64,000 nt of DNA from Caldisericia bacterium (GTDB taxonomy: Bacteria; Caldisericota; Caldisericia; JAAYUI01): positions 736,001 to 800,000 of the forward strand of contig OY771555.1 in NCBI GenBank assembly GCA_963674785.1. Direction: 5' to 3'. Positions 61,256 through 64,000 of this stretch are shown in pieces. The notes under the pieces are model-generated. The model was not told the DNA's origin. It made no database searches and saw only the letters and a list, made by a program, of their open reading frames with translations. Numbering within the stretch: the first letter of the stretch is position 1; each line of letters begins with the position of its first letter. A program made the translations under genes and the position numbers.

Positions 61256-61795
61256 ATGGAATATAAGCTCACAAGTGTCGAGATGGTTCTTCTGGTTCTG
61301 GTTCATGAAAACCCAGGGATAAACGGCTATACAATAAACAAATATGTCAAAGAGCGTGGGTTTTCAGCATGGGCAGGGGTGAAGCAATCCTCTATCTACA
61401 ACGGTCTCAAAAAGGTTGAAGAACGAGGGTTTGTCACATCAAAAGAGGACATTTCAAAAACCACCAAAGGCCCAAAAGGTAATGTTTTCACCCTCACAAA
61501 AAGTGGTGAAGAAGCTCTTTCTGAAACGGTCAAGATTGGACTATCAAAAACTCGAGAAAACAATCCGCTTTTCAATCTCGCACTTTCAGGATTAGATATC
61601 CTAACAAAAGATGAGACAATCGATTGTCTTTCAAAAAGGGTGAAATTCCTAGAATCAGAGGCTCAAAGGCTGAGAGGAAAGATAAACTCTGATATTTTGA
61701 GGGTCAGGCTTCTCTTCGACAGAGTAATAAGTGCAATAGAGTCAGAGAAAATATGGAGCCAAAAGGCAATAAAGCAAATCAAGGAGGAATCATGA
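61256..61795 (+). CDS. PadR-family transcriptional regulator
   Basis: LLVLVHE...GYTI...SSIYNGLKKVEERGFV...FTLTKSGEEAL winged helix with C-terminal helical dimerisation region. Confidence 0.85.
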   Translation: MEYKLTSVEMVLLVLVHENPGINGYTINKYVKERGFSAWAGVKQSSIYNGLKKVEERGFVTSKEDISKTTKGPKGNVFTLTKSGEEALSETVKIGLSKTRENNPLFNLALSGLDILTKDETIDCLSKRVKFLESEAQRLRGKINSDILRVRLLFDRVISAIESEKIWSQKAIKQIKEES

Positions 61796-62769
61796 TAATA
61801 AAAGACTTTAAACCGTTTTCAGGTGTTCACTGCGAGTCAACTGCAACTGGAAATCTACTTCAACATATCGGAATTGAAATCTCTGAGCCGATGATTTTTG
61901 GACTGATGGAGGGTATCGGATATGGATATTTCAGCTTTAAAACCATGCCATTTCCATTTATTGGTGGACGGATCAAGCAGTTTGAAACAACAGAAAACCT
62001 GTGCCGAAATCTCAACCTTGAGCTTGACACCAAAGAAACATCATCTGTCAAAAAAGCATGGGCAAATGTGGAATCAGAGATTTCTGCTGGCAATCCTGTG
62101 GGGCTTCAACTTGATATGTATCATCTGGATTATTTTCCCGAAAAGTTCCATTTTGCTGGACATTTTGTAGCGATGTTTGGGTTTGACAGCACTCATGCCT
62201 ATCTGGTGGATACAAACAGGGGAGACATGAAAACAAGTCTTGAAAGTCTTGAACTTGCAAGAAATGAAAAAGGGGCGATGGCTGCCAAAAACAGAAGCTA
62301 CACGATCAAGAAAATCGGTGAGACGAACGACATCAGTAGTGTGATAATCACAGCAATTAAAAGAAATGCCGAAGTTTTTTTGAATCCACCAATCAAAAAC
62401 CTTGGGTACAAGGGAATTAGCAAAACTGCAAAGGAACTACCAAAATATTTTGATAATAACCCAGACACAAGAGGAATGAACTTCCAAATCATGGGGTCAC
62501 TCATGGAGGACGCTGGAACCGGTGGCTCGATTTTTAGGAATCTTTACAGAGACTTCCTCAAAGAATCTGCAGAATTACTTTCTAATGACAGGCTCGGGGG
62601 AGCATCAGAAGAATATGCAGAAATTGCAAAGAAATGGAAGGAAGTATCTGATCATCTTGTTGAGACAGGAAAAACAGATAATAGAAAACATCTTGAGGAT
62701 GCTTGTGGAATTCTTGAGGAGTTGTCAGGGCTTGAGAGAGAAAACATGGAGAAATTGTTGGAACTATAA
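61792..62769 (+). CDS. BtrH N-terminal / DUF4872-like papain-fold protein (325 aa)
   Basis: ATG at 61792 after AAGGAGG, overlapping the PadR stop (ATGA); GVHCES, LDMYHLDY, HFAGHFV and GTGGSIFRNLYRDFL motifs. Confidence 0.75.
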   Translation: MIIKDFKPFSGVHCESTATGNLLQHIGIEISEPMIFGLMEGIGYGYFSFKTMPFPFIGGRIKQFETTENLCRNLNLELDTKETSSVKKAWANVESEISAGNPVGLQLDMYHLDYFPEKFHFAGHFVAMFGFDSTHAYLVDTNRGDMKTSLESLELARNEKGAMAAKNRSYTIKKIGETNDISSVIITAIKRNAEVFLNPPIKNLGYKGISKTAKELPKYFDNNPDTRGMNFQIMGSLMEDAGTGGSIFRNLYRDFLKESAELLSNDRLGGASEEYAEIAKKWKEVSDHLVETGKTDNRKHLEDACGILEELSGLERENMEKLLEL

Positions 62770-62819
62770 TCGATAAGTAAACATTTACAAAAGCCAGAAC
62801 AAATTGTATATTTAGTCCC

Positions 62820-63355
62820 ATAATCCATCGGGAGGAAAATATAAAGCTACTTGATATTGGGCAGGTACAGGAAATCTGATTTGAAAACTGCAAACTCAAA
62901 AAAACATAGAATTTTGGGCAGTTGAGCCATCAAAAGGGATGCGAGAAAAACTGATTGAGAAATGTGGTGATATTAGGGTTATAAGCGGAATGCTTCCAGA
63001 ATTACCGGAGGTTCCCGAAAAGTTTGGTGTCATTGTCTCAACATACGACATTCACCACGTGAAGCATGAAAACACTGAACATATGGTCGATAACATCTGT
63101 AAACATGCAGATGAAAATTGTCTGGTGATATTTGCTGATGTGATGTTTGAATCAAAGGAAGAATATCAGAATCATGTCGCTGATCTTAAAAGAAAAAACA
63201 TCACAGAGAGGGCTTATGACCTCGAGGATGAGTATTTTCAATACGTTGATGTTTTGAGTGATGTCTTCAAAAAACATGGGTATATTGTGAAAGATGGGAG
63301 ACAGAATTTCTATACACACATTTTCAAAGCCAAGAAGCAAGACAATTCTAAGTAA
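62820..63355 (+). pseudogene. Disrupted class I SAM-dependent methyltransferase
   Basis: Motif I LLDIG|AGTGNL is split by a 1-nt frameshift at 62859-62861, then an in-frame TGA at 62882. Downstream AVEPSKGMR, VIVSTYDIHHV and LEDEYF are intact. Confidence 0.7.
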
Positions 63356-63380
63356 TCCTGTAAATTTAATCAGAACTATC

Positions 63381-63408
63381 TTGTAAATACCGTTTACAAC
63401 TTTATTGT
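63381..63408 (+). promoter_or_regulatory. Inverted-repeat operator overlapping the promoter of the MerR-family gene
   Basis: Perfect TTGTAAA-N5-TTTACAA (63381-63399), which contains TGTAA-N7-TTACA; possible TTGTAA-16 nt-TATTGT promoter 7 nt before the ATG. Confidence 0.6.
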
Positions 63409-63415
63409 ATATCAT

Positions 63416-63727
63416 ATGGATAACAAAGACAAACCAGTGATGCCCGTAAGTGTCGCAGCCGAGATGATCGGCGTGTGTGACAGGACATTGCGTCTTTGGG
63501 AAAAACATGGATTAATCACACCTGAGCGTAACCCCGAAAATGATCGCAGAATGTACTCATTCTCCGATATTGAAAAGCTCAAATACATTAAACATCTGCT
63601 TGATACTGAAGGATTGAATATCAACGGTGTGAAGAAATTCTTGCGTTTTTTTGATAACTGTGTTTCAAAGGGATGCACAAAACTCGAAAAATGCGAGAAA
63701 TATATGTCCTGCGAGGAGGAAGAATAA
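63416..63727 (+). CDS. MerR-family regulator (HspR/GlnR-like HTH) with a C-terminal four-Cys tail
   Basis: [26 protein letters not shown]....[12 protein letters not shown]...GLNINGV; tail [18 protein letters not shown]. Confidence 0.85.
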   Translation: MDNKDKPVMPVSVAAEMIGVCDRTLRLWEKHGLITPERNPENDRRMYSFSDIEKLKYIKHLLDTEGLNINGVKKFLRFFDNCVSKGCTKLEKCEKYMSCEEEE

Positions 63728-64000
63728 TGGACACAATCTACCTTGACCACAACGCGACAACCCCGGTTGACCCAAAAGTTGTGGAGAAAATGATACCATA
63801 TTTTACAGGAGAGTTTGGAAATCCGTCTTCTGCCCACAAAAAGGGATACGAAGCATCAAAAGCAATTGAGATTGCAAGGGCAGAATTTGCAAAACTCATC
63901 GGTGCAGACCCTTCTGAGATAATCTTTACATCAGGTGGAACAGAGGCTGACAATATCGCAATTCGTGGGGTTTATTTCAAACTTGCACCTGAAAAAAACC
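63727..64000 (+). CDS. iscS: Cysteine desulfurase, IscS/NifS family (5' part, truncated by the window end)
   Basis: Read by hand from the ATG overlapping the MerR stop (TAATG): [16 protein letters not shown]...FGNPSSAH...[30 protein letters not shown]. Confidence 0.88.
   Translation, partial: MDTIYLDHNATTPVDPKVVEKMIPYFTGEFGNPSSAHKKGYEASKAIEIARAEFAKLIGADPSEIIFTSGGTEADNIAIRGVYFKLAPEKN

Noticed and set aside
62882-62884. TGA as selenocysteine or programmed readthrough in the methyltransferase
   Set aside because: It is accompanied by a frameshift and a missing start codon, and is not at a catalytic Cys position; decay is the simpler explanation.

Overview
Bacterial DNA, AT-leaning. The abundance of secreted proteins ending in copper-amine-oxidase N-terminal ('stalk') domains suggests a Caldisericia-like anaerobe, but this is an unverified impression. 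About two thirds of the window (4434-45660) is one apparent operon of four tandem, paralogous giant secreted proteins (about 3293, 3524, 3676 and 3035 aa). They share a Cys-rich, acidic scaffold with Ca-loop-like motifs, carry different plug-in domains at equivalent positions (some nested inside each other), and end in Ig-like plus stalk domains. The operon starts at a near-consensus sigma-54 (-24/-12) promoter followed by a ~245-nt highly base-paired leader. Each of the three internal junctions has the same non-terminator element (TTAT-hairpin-CGAGA...GATTTAT), and the only canonical intrinsic terminator is at the end. Upstream are a secreted NHL/thioredoxin-like (CxxC) protein and a divergent LipS2-like radical SAM gene. 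Downstream are three more stalk-domain proteins, a small GIY-YIG nuclease bracketed by inverted CGTC-tagged palindromes with compensatory changes, an SDR, a kinase-ATPase-TPR protein, a DUF1611-like P-loop protein, two lipoproteins, a PadR/BtrH-like pair, a broken methyltransferase, and a Cys-tailed MerR regulator coupled to a cysteine desulfurase truncated by the window edge. Several ordinary genes look leaderless. All calls are by eye; no database searches were run.
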